A stretch of 64,000 nucleotides of DNA, from NCBI GenBank assembly GCA_045541915.1, contig JAZQJZ010000007.1:104759-168758 (forward strand), in the 5' to 3' direction. Origin of the DNA: Eubacteriales bacterium (lineage in GTDB: Bacteria; Bacillota; Clostridia; Oscillospirales; SIG627). Shown piece by piece: positions 37,069-46,819 of the stretch; the first letter of the stretch is position 1; each line of letters starts with the position of its first letter. The translations under genes were made by a program, and so were the position numbers. The notes under the pieces were generated by a model. That model ran no database searches. It was not told where the DNA came from and was given only the letters and a program-made list of their open reading frames with translations.

Positions 37069-37556
37069 GCCTGTGCACCTCCCTCTGCGCGCAATTCCTC
37101 CACGATGCCGGGAATTGCTTTCACTTCTACCTTGGGATAAACCTTGCCGTGGATGGATACTGCGGGAGCAGTACCGCAAGCACCGATGCAACGGAGTGCG
37201 TCGATGGTGAACATTCCATCCTCGGTGGTTTCGCCGGGAGCAATGCCCAGAATCTCGGAAAACTTGTCAATTACCTGCTGAGCGCCCTTAACGTAACAAG
37301 CGGTACCCAGACAAACACCCACGATGTACTTTCCTTTCGGCTTGAGGGAGAAGAAAGAATAGAACGTTACCACACCGTAGATCTCGGCAACGCTGACTCC
37401 GGTCTTCTCAGACACCAGTTCCTGAACTTCCAGGGGAATATAGCCGTATTCCTTCTGGATGTCACTCAGGATCATCATCAGGGGAGTTCTTTCGCCGACA
37501 TAGCGATCACAAATCTCGCTGATCTTCGCTACAGCAGCTTCGCTTAAATGAGCCAT
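37065..37556 (-). CDS. hydC: NuoE-like 2Fe-2S subunit (HydC)
   Basis: CLGTACYVKG and CIGACGTAP cysteine motifs. SD AAGGAGGG. Confidence 0.9.
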   Translation of the reverse strand: MAHLSEAAVAKISEICDRYVGERTPLMMILSDIQKEYGYIPLEVQELVSEKTGVSVAEIYGVVTFYSFFSLKPKGKYIVGVCLGTACYVKGAQQVIDKFSEILGIAPGETTEDGMFTIDALRCIGACGTAPAVSIHGKVYPKVEVKAIPGIVEELRAEGGAQA

Positions 37557-37751
37557 GAATAAGCCCTCCTTTTTATGTTTTTATGCCTTAGCATAATTCT
37601 TGATAGTATATTGACACACACCTTATAGATTTTACATACAAATAGGAAGAATGTCAAGAGCTTCTATTAGAAAAAGCGTCGAAAAACCTTACCAAAAAAG
37701 CATTTTTTGTCAGTTTGTTTTCAAAAAAACGAGATTGCCTCAGCTTTTGAT

Positions 37752-38903
37752 TCAAAACCGTTTTCTCGGACGCAGCAAAATTGCCGCTCCCGTTCCGCAA
37801 AGAACCACTGCCAGAATTCCGATGGCCACATACCGGATTTCCCTGCGTTTTGCCTCCTCCTCCGGGGAAAGGGTGGTGGTTGTGGCAGAAGTGGTGGTTG
37901 TGGCAGAGGTGGTGGTTGTCAAAATGGGGATCACCGTTTCCCGGGAAACCAGGGCCAAATATTCACTGGTGTAATCAAAAGTGAGAACATCGCCGGAAAG
38001 ACGGGCGTCCACTTTTTTTGCCGTATTGTCCTTCAGAAGATACAGCACAAACTCATCCGGCAGGTCAAAATCCACCGTCAGCGAGATTTCCGTTGCTCCT
38101 TGAGGAACGAAAACATTTTCATTTTTGGTAAACGTAACATGGAAGGTGCGAATAAGTGTGGTGGGAAAAAGGCTTCTTGCCAATTCCGCCTTTTCGCCGC
38201 CGTAAACAAAGTCCGTGCGGATCCCCTTTTCATCCTCCTGGGCGTATTCCCCCGGATGGACCTTCCCCGTGGTTTTACCGTCGGAGGAGGTAATGGAAGG
38301 GAGCACCGCTTGGTCCCATTCCGTCTCGCAATCCAAGCATACCAGTTTTCCTTCTCCTGCCTGGGAAAAGGTGGGCTCCTTTGTCACCTCGGTTTTCAAG
38401 TTCACGTGGGGACAGACCAGGTCAAAGCTCCAGGCCTGGGTATCAAAGGGAACCGCCTTGCCGGTGCGGTCCACCGCGTCGTAAAAGCGCTCTGAAAGAA
38501 GCGGGTCTATTGTCACAAGCCCGTAAGGCGCATCCTCCTTGATACGAAACAGGATCTGTGCTAGCTTTCCCACCGACTCCAGATCGGGGCTTTTTTCCGG
38601 CGCTTTCCAGCGCAGAATCAGTTTTCCCGGGGTTTCCTCCGACCAGACAAAGCCGGGAAGCACCTTGGTATCGCTAACGGAAAACACCTCCATCACTGCC
38701 GGATCGTATACCAGGGTAGTCAGAAAGGAAACCACACCCGGATTTCGGCTCATTTCCAACGAAACACCGAAGGTGTCTCCCCGGGCCTTGGCCTCTTCCT
38801 CCCCCACCAGGGTGATCTTTCCCCTTTCCTCCGCCTGAACCGCAGGAAAACAAAGGGGCAAAAGCAAAATCAAAACAAGACAAAAGATGAGGATTTTTTT
38901 CAT
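37752..38903 (-). CDS. secreted, C-terminally membrane-anchored protein with cohesin-like N-terminal domain
   Basis: Signal peptide MKKILIFCLVLILLLPLCFPAVQA. An N-terminal beta-rich segment (FGVSLEMSRNPGVVSFLTTLVYDPAVMEV) resembles cohesin-type domains. Thr-rich linker, C-terminal TM and RPRKRF. ATGA overlap with the WYL gene. Confidence 0.6.
   Translation of the reverse strand: MKKILIFCLVLILLLPLCFPAVQAEERGKITLVGEEEAKARGDTFGVSLEMSRNPGVVSFLTTLVYDPAVMEVFSVSDTKVLPGFVWSEETPGKLILRWKAPEKSPDLESVGKLAQILFRIKEDAPYGLVTIDPLLSERFYDAVDRTGKAVPFDTQAWSFDLVCPHVNLKTEVTKEPTFSQAGEGKLVCLDCETEWDQAVLPSITSSDGKTTGKVHPGEYAQEDEKGIRTDFVYGGEKAELARSLFPTTLIRTFHVTFTKNENVFVPQGATEISLTVDFDLPDEFVLYLLKDNTAKKVDARLSGDVLTFDYTSEYLALVSRETVIPILTTTTSATTTTSATTTTLSPEEEAKRREIRYVAIGILAVVLCGTGAAILLRPRKRF
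37873..37920. repeat. 18-nt tandem repeat (2.7 copies) encoding the TTTTSA linker
   Basis: GTGGTGGTTGTGGCAGAR twice, plus a partial third copy. In-frame within the CDS above. Confidence 0.9.
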
Positions 38904-39886
38904 TTTGCGCCCTCCTGATAACCTTCCAAAATCTCCCGGACCTGACCGAGAAATTCCTCCCTCACCCAACCGGGCGAAAGGATCTTCACCTGACCGCCAA
39001 AGCTCATCAGCCAAGAAAAGAAAAGCGGGCTGACAAAGACCGGCAAGCTCACCTGGAATCCATCCCGGGCCTTTCGGGTCACAAGGGATGTGCCAAAGCG
39101 GTCAAAAAAGACTCCGGCCAAGCTTTCATGGCACCAGATCTCCACCCTCTCTTCCTTTCCTCCGAACATCCCAAAGGTTTTGTTTTCATACCGGGCCGGA
39201 TCAAATTCCTCTCCGGGCTCGAGAGGCTGCTCCAGAGGCTGGATGGAAAGCATTTTATCCACGCGAAAATGCCGGTTTTCTCCGCTTTTTTCCTCCTTTG
39301 CCACCAGGTAATAATTCTCATCGTCCCATAAGAGAAACCAGGGGGATGCCGTGTAAAACTCCCCATCTCTTCGTAGCTTCTTTTCTCCGTGAATATCCCA
39401 TTCGAAATAGCGGAAGCGAATCTTTTTTTTGCTTTCAATGGCCTCTCCGATGGCATCCACATTCCGGTAAATGCTTTCATTCATGGTCTTGATTCTTCCG
39501 GCAACAAAGACCGTGTGTCCCATCTTCTTGGCGTCCTGACGGGAAAGGAGCTTTTGCAGCTTTCGGATCAGCTCCTCGCTCTTTTTCCGGGTGAGAAAAC
39601 GGGAGGACTGAATGGCATCCACCAAAAGACGTACCTCCGGCGTTTCAAAATGCCTCTCGCCCACAAAATACCCGGTGCTCTTTCCCCGGATCTGAATGAT
39701 ATCCATTCCAAAGGCGCGCAGTTCCTCTAAATCGGCATAAATGCTCTTTCGTTCCGCTTTGATCCCCTGATACTCCAGAGAACGGATCATATCCTGAACG
39801 GTGACCGGATGGTTTTCATCGGTTTCCTCCATCAGGTATCTGGCAAGATACAGGATCTTTTGCTTTTGACGGGAACTTTTCGGCAT
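38900..39886 (-). CDS. WYL-domain transcriptional regulator (wHTH + WYL)
   Basis: N-terminal HTH (QKILYLARYLMEETDENHPVTVQDMI) and a central WYL-like segment (RFRYFEW...ASPWFLLWDDENYYLVA). The track ORF is trimmed to ATG 39886 (SD GGGAGGGGAG). Confidence 0.78.
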   Translation of the reverse strand: MPKSSRQKQKILYLARYLMEETDENHPVTVQDMIRSLEYQGIKAERKSIYADLEELRAFGMDIIQIRGKSTGYFVGERHFETPEVRLLVDAIQSSRFLTRKKSEELIRKLQKLLSRQDAKKMGHTVFVAGRIKTMNESIYRNVDAIGEAIESKKKIRFRYFEWDIHGEKKLRRDGEFYTASPWFLLWDDENYYLVAKEEKSGENRHFRVDKMLSIQPLEQPLEPGEEFDPARYENKTFGMFGGKEERVEIWCHESLAGVFFDRFGTSLVTRKARDGFQVSLPVFVSPLFFSWLMSFGGQVKILSPGWVREEFLGQVREILEGYQEGAK

Positions 39887-39979
39887 CGTTCTCCCCTCCC
39901 TTTCATTTTTCATTGTACCAGAAAAGGGACAGTAATTCAAGAGAAAAAACCTGGCAAAAAAACATTTTCCCCATTTTTC

Positions 39980-40008
39980 TTGACACCCGTTTTTCCGTTC
40001 TTTATAAT
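39980..40008 (+). promoter_or_regulatory. putative promoter of the GHMP kinase gene
   Basis: TTGACA (39980-39985), 17-nt spacer, TATAAT (40003-40008). Confidence 0.55.
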
Positions 40009-40043
40009 AAAGGCATCAAAATATGCAAAAAGGGAGATTGACT

Positions 40044-41321
40044 ATGCCCACACCCAAGGAAATAAAAAATGCCATTGCAAGCGGACAAATGGATCAGACC
40101 TTGACCCTTCTTTACGGCAAGGATACCGATTTTCATAAACAGCGTTACCTGGATGCCCTCGATGCCTATGTGGAACTGTTTGGCGACAAGAATTCCGTTC
40201 ACATCTTTTCCTCTCCCGGAAGAACGGAAATCGGCGGAAACCACACCGATCACAACCGGGGAAGAGTGCTGGCCGGCTCGGTAGATCTGGACGTGATCGC
40301 CATTGCCAGCAAGGAAGAAGGCTCTCTGGCACAGGTTCATTCTCAGGGCTTTGCTCCCGATCTTGTGGATCTTTCCGATCTTGACGTGCACCCCGAGGAA
40401 ACCGGAAAAAGCCCGGCACTGCTTCGCGGCGTGGCCAAGGCCTTCTCTCTTCGCAGTCTGAAGATCGGTGCTTTCAAGGCTTATACCACCTCCAATGTTC
40501 CCAAGGGAAGCGGTGTTTCTTCCTCCGCAGCCTTTGAGGTACTTCTGGCCACCATTATGGATCACTTTTTCAACAAAGGGGATTTACCCGCCATTGAGAT
40601 TGCCAAAATTGCCCAGTTTGCAGAGCGGGATTATTTCGGCAAGCCCTGCGGGCTGATGGACCAGGCGGCAAGCGCCCTGGGCGGTGTTGCCATGATCGAC
40701 TTTGCGGACAATGAAAACCCCGTTGTGGAAAAGATCCCATTTTCCTTAAGCGACGCTGGCTTTAAACTTTGCCTTGTAACAGTAGGCGGAGACCACGCAG
40801 ATCTGACCCATCTTTACGCCGCCATTCCCACCAGAATGAAAAAGGTCGCTTCCCTGTTCGGAAAAGAGACCTTAAGCCAGGTTTCCTATGAAGAACTGCT
40901 TTCCGAAATTTCCCGTGTTCGAAAGGAGCTGGGGGATGATGCGGCGCTAGCCGCCTTACATTTCGCCTCGGAGACCCGGCGCGCCATGCTGGAAAAAGAA
41001 GCCCTTGCCGCCGGCGACATCAAAGAATTTCTGGCTCTGGTGACCGAAAGCGGCCACTCCTCCTTTGAAGCATTGCAAAATGTTCTGGTTCCGGTGGAGG
41101 GAGCAAGCCAGGGGGCAGCGGTTGCCTTGACCGTGGCCTCTCACTTGTTGAAAGGAAAAGGCGCCTGGCGCGTTCACGGAGGCGGATTCGGCGGCACCAC
41201 CCAAAACTTTGTGCCGGAGGAGATGACCCCCCACTTTAAGGCCACCATGGAATCCATTTTCGGAGAAGGCTCCTGTCAGGTTCTTTCCATCCGTCCGGTG
41301 GGTCCCATCAAGGTAATCTAA
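40044..41321 (+). CDS. GHMP-family sugar kinase, galactokinase-like
   Basis: GRTEIGGNHTDHNRG (a variant of the galactokinase signature) and GHMP motif PKGSGVSSSAA. ATG 40044 with SD AGGGAG. Confidence 0.75.
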   Translation: MPTPKEIKNAIASGQMDQTLTLLYGKDTDFHKQRYLDALDAYVELFGDKNSVHIFSSPGRTEIGGNHTDHNRGRVLAGSVDLDVIAIASKEEGSLAQVHSQGFAPDLVDLSDLDVHPEETGKSPALLRGVAKAFSLRSLKIGAFKAYTTSNVPKGSGVSSSAAFEVLLATIMDHFFNKGDLPAIEIAKIAQFAERDYFGKPCGLMDQAASALGGVAMIDFADNENPVVEKIPFSLSDAGFKLCLVTVGGDHADLTHLYAAIPTRMKKVASLFGKETLSQVSYEELLSEISRVRKELGDDAALAALHFASETRRAMLEKEALAAGDIKEFLALVTESGHSSFEALQNVLVPVEGASQGAAVALTVASHLLKGKGAWRVHGGGFGGTTQNFVPEEMTPHFKATMESIFGEGSCQVLSIRPVGPIKVI

Positions 41322-41335
41322 ATCAAATTGCAAAA

Positions 41336-41378
41336 CAAAATGCACCTGAAACAAAATCCGTTTCGGGTGCATTTTTTC
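41336..41378. terminator. intrinsic terminator between convergent genes
   Basis: ATGCACCTGAAAC-aaaatcc-GTTTCGGGTGCAT followed by T6. Confidence 0.8.
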
Positions 41379-41380
41379 GA

Positions 41381-42235
41381 TTACATATTCAGAAAGGCCT
41401 TCAAGGCAGAAAGCTTTTTTCTTGCTTCCTCTTGCCCCATTTCATAGGCCTGATAAAGCTTTTCCGGATCCTTTTCCGTGCGACTGACCGGAAGGGGTGA
41501 AGATGGGGCAAAAACAAAGGCCGACCCCTCCCTCTCCCGCCGGAATACCAGTTCCTTTTCTTCCCGGTATACCAGGTGCCGCCGTTCCATAGCCCGACAT
41601 AAAAGAGGATCCTTTCGGTAACATAGCCGCACCAGGGAAAGTGCGCTGCTTTTCGGCTTTACATAGTCCCTTGGCTGGGTGAGGATGACCACGTTTTTTT
41701 CCATCCCCTTTTCCTCCATAAATCCAAGGGGAATGGAGGCGGAAACCCCTCCATCCAGATACTCTTTTCCGTCCACCGTCACCTTTCGTGAGACCAGGGG
41801 CATGGAAGCGGAGGCCTGAAAGATCTTCATCACTCTTTCCTTTTCCCCGGTACAGGAAAAATATTCTGCCCGGCCCGTTTCCACCCGGGTCAGGGCCGCG
41901 TAAAACTCCAGGGGGTTTTCATTGTATTCTTTCCAGTGGAAGGGATCCAACTCTTCCGGCAAGAGGCGATAACAAAAATCCGCCCCGTAAAGATCCCCGG
42001 TGGTGAGAAGAGAAAAAAGACTGCAATATCGCTTATCCCGGCAGTATTGGGTGTTGTAACGGACCACGCGTCCCTTTTGGCGGGACTTGAAATTGCACCC
42101 GAAGGCCGCACCGGCACTGACCCCCACGGCGGCATCAAATTCGATCCCTTCTTCCAAAAACACATCCAGAACTCCGGCGGTAAAAAGGCCGCGCATAGCA
42201 CCGCCCTCCAATACCAGACCGCATTTTGCTTTCAT
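41381..42235 (-). CDS. patatin-like phospholipase
   Basis: Oxyanion motif GGAMRG and lipase serine motif GVSAGA. The track ORF is trimmed to ATG 42235 (SD GGGAGAG). Confidence 0.85.
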   Translation of the reverse strand: MKAKCGLVLEGGAMRGLFTAGVLDVFLEEGIEFDAAVGVSAGAAFGCNFKSRQKGRVVRYNTQYCRDKRYCSLFSLLTTGDLYGADFCYRLLPEELDPFHWKEYNENPLEFYAALTRVETGRAEYFSCTGEKERVMKIFQASASMPLVSRKVTVDGKEYLDGGVSASIPLGFMEEKGMEKNVVILTQPRDYVKPKSSALSLVRLCYRKDPLLCRAMERRHLVYREEKELVFRREREGSAFVFAPSSPLPVSRTEKDPEKLYQAYEMGQEEARKKLSALKAFLNM

Positions 42236-42326
42236 CTGCTTTTCTCTCCCTTTTTTATTCTCCTTACTATTATATCCCAAAATAAATTTTTTTCAAGATT
42301 GCTCCCATTTGGAAACAGGAAAGGTC

Positions 42327-42355
42327 TTGACAAACTCAAATTCATCTGTTATAAT
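42327..42355 (+). promoter_or_regulatory. promoter for tRNA-Glu
   Basis: TTGACA, 17-nt spacer, TATAAT, 14 nt before the tRNA. Confidence 0.7.
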
Positions 42356-42369
42356 ACATCTTCGCAGAC

Positions 42370-42444
42370 GGCCCATTGGTCAAGCGGCTAAGACGCCACC
42401 CTCTCAAGGTGGAATCATGGGTTCGATTCCCGTATGGGTCACCA
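42370..42444 (+). tRNA. tRNA-Glu (CTC), CCA encoded
   Basis: Acceptor GGCCCAT/ATGGGTC, anticodon stem CCACC/GGTGG with loop CTCTCAA, T loop GGTTCGATTCC. Confidence 0.88.
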
Positions 42445-42447
42445 GAA

Positions 42448-42485
42448 GAAACACCTTTTGTTAGAAGACAAAAGGTGTTTTTTGT
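42448..42485 (+). terminator. intrinsic terminator after tRNA-Glu
   Basis: AACACCTTTTG-ttagaaga-CAAAAGGTGTT followed by a T-run. Confidence 0.85.
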
Positions 42486-42585
42486 TACGATTGAAAAGAT
42501 CAATATCTTGTGATATAATAGGGCAAAAGAGGGCGATCGCGGAAGGATGGCCGCCAAAATGCTCTGAAACGGAGGCTACTGCACA

Positions 42586-43542
42586 ATGAAACTTTCTATT
42601 CAGGATGTTGCCACACTGCAACGTTATGATATGGACACTGCTTTTCGCATGATCCGGGAAGCAGGCTTTGAGGCCATTGACTTAAACCTCAATCAGCAAT
42701 GGAACGAAAACGGAGAGAAAAGAAAATGCTGGGATCGGGATTCGATCCAATCGGGCCAGTCTGTAAAGCAAAACTGCATTTACGATGAAGATATGGACCT
42801 GATCTACCGTCAGTATGATCCGATTTTACAGTGCATCAAAAAGCACGGACTTTCCATCGCCCAGGCTCACGCTCCTTTTCACACCTACAGCTCCAAAAAT
42901 CTTCCCTTTGCCGATTACGCCGCCCAAACCTATGAAAAGGTTTTGAAGCTCTGTCAGTATGCCGGCTGTCCCCGGGTGGTAATCCATGGCTTTTCCAGAG
43001 GAGCAGATGATTACGGAATCACAAGCCAGGACGTGTATCAAGCCAATATGAAAATGTACCAGGCCCTGATTCCCACGGCCCTTGAGACCGGAGTTATGAT
43101 CTTATTAGAGAATCTATTTACCAATTGCAACAACAGAAAATTTTCCGGCGTTTGCTCCGATCCGCACGAAGCGGTCTCTTATATTGATACCTTAAATCAA
43201 ATCGCCGGAAAAGAAGTGTTCGGTCTTTGCTTTGACGTGGGACACTTAAATCTTGTGCGCTGTACCATACCGGAATATGTTGAAATTTTGGGATCGCGGA
43301 TCCGGGCTCTTCACATTCACGACAATGACGGAGACCGTGACCTGCACCAGGCTCCCTTTACCGGCACCGTGCGTTGGAATGACTTTTGCACTTCCTTGAG
43401 AAGCATCGGTTACCGGGGTGATCTGAATTTGGAAACCTACAAACAGACCTCTCAAAAGCGCTGTCCCGATGAAATGGTCATGCCCTCTCTTCGATTCATG
43501 GCAGAGACTCTGGACCATTTCCGAAACGAGATTTTAAAATAA
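42586..43542 (+). CDS. sugar phosphate isomerase/epimerase (xylose isomerase-like TIM barrel)
   Basis: Family pattern VVIHG, LLENL, DVGH, HIHDNDG. 318 aa. Confidence 0.78.
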   Translation: MKLSIQDVATLQRYDMDTAFRMIREAGFEAIDLNLNQQWNENGEKRKCWDRDSIQSGQSVKQNCIYDEDMDLIYRQYDPILQCIKKHGLSIAQAHAPFHTYSSKNLPFADYAAQTYEKVLKLCQYAGCPRVVIHGFSRGADDYGITSQDVYQANMKMYQALIPTALETGVMILLENLFTNCNNRKFSGVCSDPHEAVSYIDTLNQIAGKEVFGLCFDVGHLNLVRCTIPEYVEILGSRIRALHIHDNDGDRDLHQAPFTGTVRWNDFCTSLRSIGYRGDLNLETYKQTSQKRCPDEMVMPSLRFMAETLDHFRNEILK

Positions 43543-43554
43543 AAAGCGCAGATC

Positions 43555-43586
43555 AAAAAACCTCCTGCTTTCGCAGGAGGTTTTTC
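43555..43586. terminator. bidirectional intrinsic terminator
   Basis: A6-CCTCCTGC-tttc-GCAGGAGG-T5. Confidence 0.85.
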
Positions 43587-43606
43587 ATGCGCAAAGATAC
43601 GCTTTT

Positions 43607-44476
43607 TCATTCTTTTGATTCTTTCTTTTGCTCCAGGCTCTTTTTTTCCTCTTCGACTTCCTGTCTATAGGGGATCGCCGGCATCACATATTTTCTGCTC
43701 ACGCTGATGCCGGAAGCCACCACCGCATATTGGCAAGCAAGGGGAAGCGCCATTCCCTCTGCCAGGCACACTGCCAAAACACCGTTGAAGGTATCTCCTG
43801 CGCCGGTGGTATCCACAGGCTTTTTGGAGGTTGCGGGGATGAGCGTGTCTTCGCCGATCCGGCAGCCCCGTTTTCCCAAGGTGGTAATGACCGTGCCAAA
43901 GCGCCCCGGCAAAATAGCCTTTTGCTCCTGTTCGTTTGGTGTTACAAGGTCAATGTTTTTTGCCAGATCATCGGAAATGGCACGAATGGGAGCCGGGTTT
44001 AAAATCACCCTCGTTCCATGCTTTTTGGCAAGGCTTGCCGCCCGTTCATTCACTTCCGCGGGAACCTCGTTTTGCAAAAGCAAAAGATCGCTTTCCGCAA
44101 TGGCCTGTTCAAAGGATTCCACATCCTCCCGGGAAAGCTCGGCCCCAGGAGCGCCGGTCACCTGGTTTTCTCCCCGTCGGTCAGTCAAGATATAGGCAAA
44201 GGTGGTTCTCTCCCCTTTTTTTACGCAAAAGGAGCCCCGGATGCCCTCTCTTTTTGCAAGGTGCATACACTTCCGGGCGTCTTCATCCTCTCCCACAGCC
44301 GCCAGGAAAGAAACCTGGGCGCCCATTCGGGCGGCGGCCACAGCTTGATTGATTCCTTTTCCGCCAATCTCCTCAAAAACAGACTCTGCCACAACGGTTT
44401 CGCCCTTTTCGTGAAAGTGATCCACATCCAGAAAAACAGAGTTTCCGCAAATTCCAATGACCGCGATCTTTGCCAT
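43607..44476 (-). CDS. PfkB-family carbohydrate kinase (ribokinase-like)
   Basis: C-terminal PfkB signature DTTGAGDTFNG and N-terminal GG motif. Confidence 0.85.
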   Translation of the reverse strand: MAKIAVIGICGNSVFLDVDHFHEKGETVVAESVFEEIGGKGINQAVAAARMGAQVSFLAAVGEDEDARKCMHLAKREGIRGSFCVKKGERTTFAYILTDRRGENQVTGAPGAELSREDVESFEQAIAESDLLLLQNEVPAEVNERAASLAKKHGTRVILNPAPIRAISDDLAKNIDLVTPNEQEQKAILPGRFGTVITTLGKRGCRIGEDTLIPATSKKPVDTTGAGDTFNGVLAVCLAEGMALPLACQYAVVASGISVSRKYVMPAIPYRQEVEEEKKSLEQKKESKE

Positions 44477-44488
44477 TTTTCTTCTCCT

Positions 44489-45208
44489 TTATAAATGCTT
44501 GATCCTGGGGAGATATTTTGCAATCAGCGCCTTGTTGTACTCAGCGCCGCCCTCCACATTGCCGCTCATATAAGCCGGCACATCGGCGCCCTCGTTTGCC
44601 GCCAAATGCGCTCCTTGCACCAAAACAGATTGCAAAATAAACGAGCTTGCCACCGTGGAAACACTTCCCATTTTCACTTCCGATCCGGGCATGGAGATCA
44701 CCGCGTCCCCATGGGGAACGCAGTTGTCAAGATAGACGTCGGAGCATTCATATAGCAAGGGAGAATCCTTTTTGTCTGCAAAATACGAGGAGGATACCAC
44801 CGAAACCGTTTTGATTCCGGCTTTTCTTGCCGCCTGAGCCATTTCCACCGGAACTGCATTCTTTCCGGAAGTGGAAATGACAAAAAACAGATCCTTTTCG
44901 GTGATGCAATACCGCTGGAGAATGCTGGGAGCGATCCCCGACATTTTCTCCATCACACTGCTTTTGGCTGCGCCGTTATGTAGCATCAGATCCGTATCCA
45001 GCATAGCGCTTACATTGGCAAGGCCACCGGCCCGATAAAAGCAATCCAGTCCGATCAGGTGCGAGTGTCCGCAGCCAAACAGATAAATGATACCGTCTGA
45101 TCGGATCACCTCTGCCACCATTTCGGCCACAGCAAGCATTTTTTCCTTCTGGGTATCCTTAATTTGCTTTAACACCTTCAAAATCTCTTCGTAATAGGTT
45201 TCGATCAT
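44489..45208 (-). CDS. SIS-domain protein (UPF0309-like sugar isomerase family)
   Basis: SIS-type LFGCGHSHL and VISTSGKN motifs. ATG 45208 is preferred over 45214 on SD spacing. Confidence 0.75.
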   Translation of the reverse strand: MIETYYEEILKVLKQIKDTQKEKMLAVAEMVAEVIRSDGIIYLFGCGHSHLIGLDCFYRAGGLANVSAMLDTDLMLHNGAAKSSVMEKMSGIAPSILQRYCITEKDLFFVISTSGKNAVPVEMAQAARKAGIKTVSVVSSSYFADKKDSPLLYECSDVYLDNCVPHGDAVISMPGSEVKMGSVSTVASSFILQSVLVQGAHLAANEGADVPAYMSGNVEGGAEYNKALIAKYLPRIKHL

Positions 45209-45454
45209 TCTCATACTCCTTTTTTCCGCCTTGTTTCCAAAGGCAAATCAAAATCGGTTTTGATCATCATAACACATTCCCTCCGAGAAGTCCAGGTGCG
45301 ATTCCGCTGTCCCCTCTTTAGGAAAAACCCTTTTATACTTTTATTAAACCACAAGGCTCCTTTCTTTTCAACTGACAAAACAAAGAAAAAACAAAATGGA
45401 AACCAATTGGAAAATCCATTTTTCATCCAAAATAAATCCAAAAAGGAAACTGGC

Positions 45455-46783
45455 ATGAACATTCAATTATCCGATCACTTCACTTACAAAACATTATTAC
45501 GCTTCACACTCCCCTCCATTGCCATGATGATCTTCACCTCCATCTACGGTGTGGTGGACGGCTTTTTCGTATCCAATTTTGTGGGGAAAACACCCTTTGC
45601 CGCCGTCAATTTCATTATGCCCTTTCTGATGATCCTGGGGTCCTTTGGCTTTATGTTCGGAACCGGCGGCTGCGCCCTGGTTTCCAAGACCATGGGGGAA
45701 GGAGATCAAAGGAAGGCAAACAAGCTGTTTTCCATGGTCACCTATATTTCTCTGGGTGTGGGCATTGCCATTGCCATTCTGGGCATCCTTTTCATTCGCC
45801 CCATCGCCATCTTTTTGGGCGCCGAAGGGGAAATGCTGGAGGGCTGTGTCCTTTACGGAAGGATCATTTTGGCCGCCCTTCCCTTCTTTATGCTGCAAAT
45901 GCAGTTTCAAAGCTTTTTCGTGGCGGCGGAAAAGCCGCAATTGGGATTGATCGCAACGGTGGCAGCAGGAGTGGCCAATATGGTACTGGATGCCCTTTTC
46001 ATCGCTGTTTTTCGCTGGGGAATCCCGGGCGCGGCACTGGCCACTGCCATCAGTCAGCTGGTGGGCGGTGTTTTCCCTCTCGTGTATTTTTCCTGTCCCA
46101 ATACCAGTCTTTTGAGGCTGCAGAGCGCCTCTTTTGACGCAAAAGCCTTCGTAAAGATCTGTACCAACGGTTCTTCGGAATTGATGAGCAATGTTTCCAT
46201 GTCCCTTGTGGGAATGCTTTACAATGTGCAGCTGATGAAATACGCCGGGGAAAACGGAGTCGCCGCCTACGGAGTTCTTATGTACGTAAGTATGATCTTC
46301 ATTGGTACCTTCATCGGATATTCCATCGGAACCGCCCCGGTGATCAGTTATCACTTCGGCGCGGAAAACCACAAGGAAATGAGAAGCCTTTTGAAAAAAA
46401 GTCTTGTGATCATCGCCACCTTTTCCCTGGGAATGCTCCTTTTGGGCGAAGCGCTCGCGCTCCCCTTGACCAAGCTGTTTGTGGGGTACGATCCCGCCCT
46501 TTTTGACCTGACCTTAAGAGGCTTTGCTATTTTTTCCTTTTCCTTTTTGTTTGCCGGTGTGGCCATTTTCGGATCCGGTTTTTTCACTGCGCTGAACAAC
46601 GGTCTGGTCTCCGCGCTCATCTCCTTTCTGCGCACTCTGGTTTTCCAGGTGGCATCCATTCTGATTCTGCCTTTTTTTTGGCAAACAGACGGAATCTGGT
46701 TCTCCATTGTGGTGGCGGAGGCAATGGCGCTGATCGTTACCTTTCTTTTCCTTGTGAAAATGAGAAAGGAATATCATTACTGA
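45455..46783 (+). CDS. MATE-family efflux transporter
   Basis: 12-TM-like profile and the MATE N-terminal pattern LLRFTLPSIAMMIFTSIYGVVDGFFVS. The track ORF is trimmed to ATG 45455. Confidence 0.88.
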   Translation: MNIQLSDHFTYKTLLRFTLPSIAMMIFTSIYGVVDGFFVSNFVGKTPFAAVNFIMPFLMILGSFGFMFGTGGCALVSKTMGEGDQRKANKLFSMVTYISLGVGIAIAILGILFIRPIAIFLGAEGEMLEGCVLYGRIILAALPFFMLQMQFQSFFVAAEKPQLGLIATVAAGVANMVLDALFIAVFRWGIPGAALATAISQLVGGVFPLVYFSCPNTSLLRLQSASFDAKAFVKICTNGSSELMSNVSMSLVGMLYNVQLMKYAGENGVAAYGVLMYVSMIFIGTFIGYSIGTAPVISYHFGAENHKEMRSLLKKSLVIIATFSLGMLLLGEALALPLTKLFVGYDPALFDLTLRGFAIFSFSFLFAGVAIFGSGFFTALNNGLVSALISFLRTLVFQVASILILPFFWQTDGIWFSIVVAEAMALIVTFLFLVKMRKEYHY

Positions 46784-46787
46784 AAAA

Positions 46788-46819
46788 GAAAAACGGAGAC
46801 CGACCGGTCTCCGTTTTTT
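46788..46819. terminator. intrinsic terminator shared by convergent genes
   Basis: CGGAGACC-gacc-GGTCTCCG followed by T6. Confidence 0.8.
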
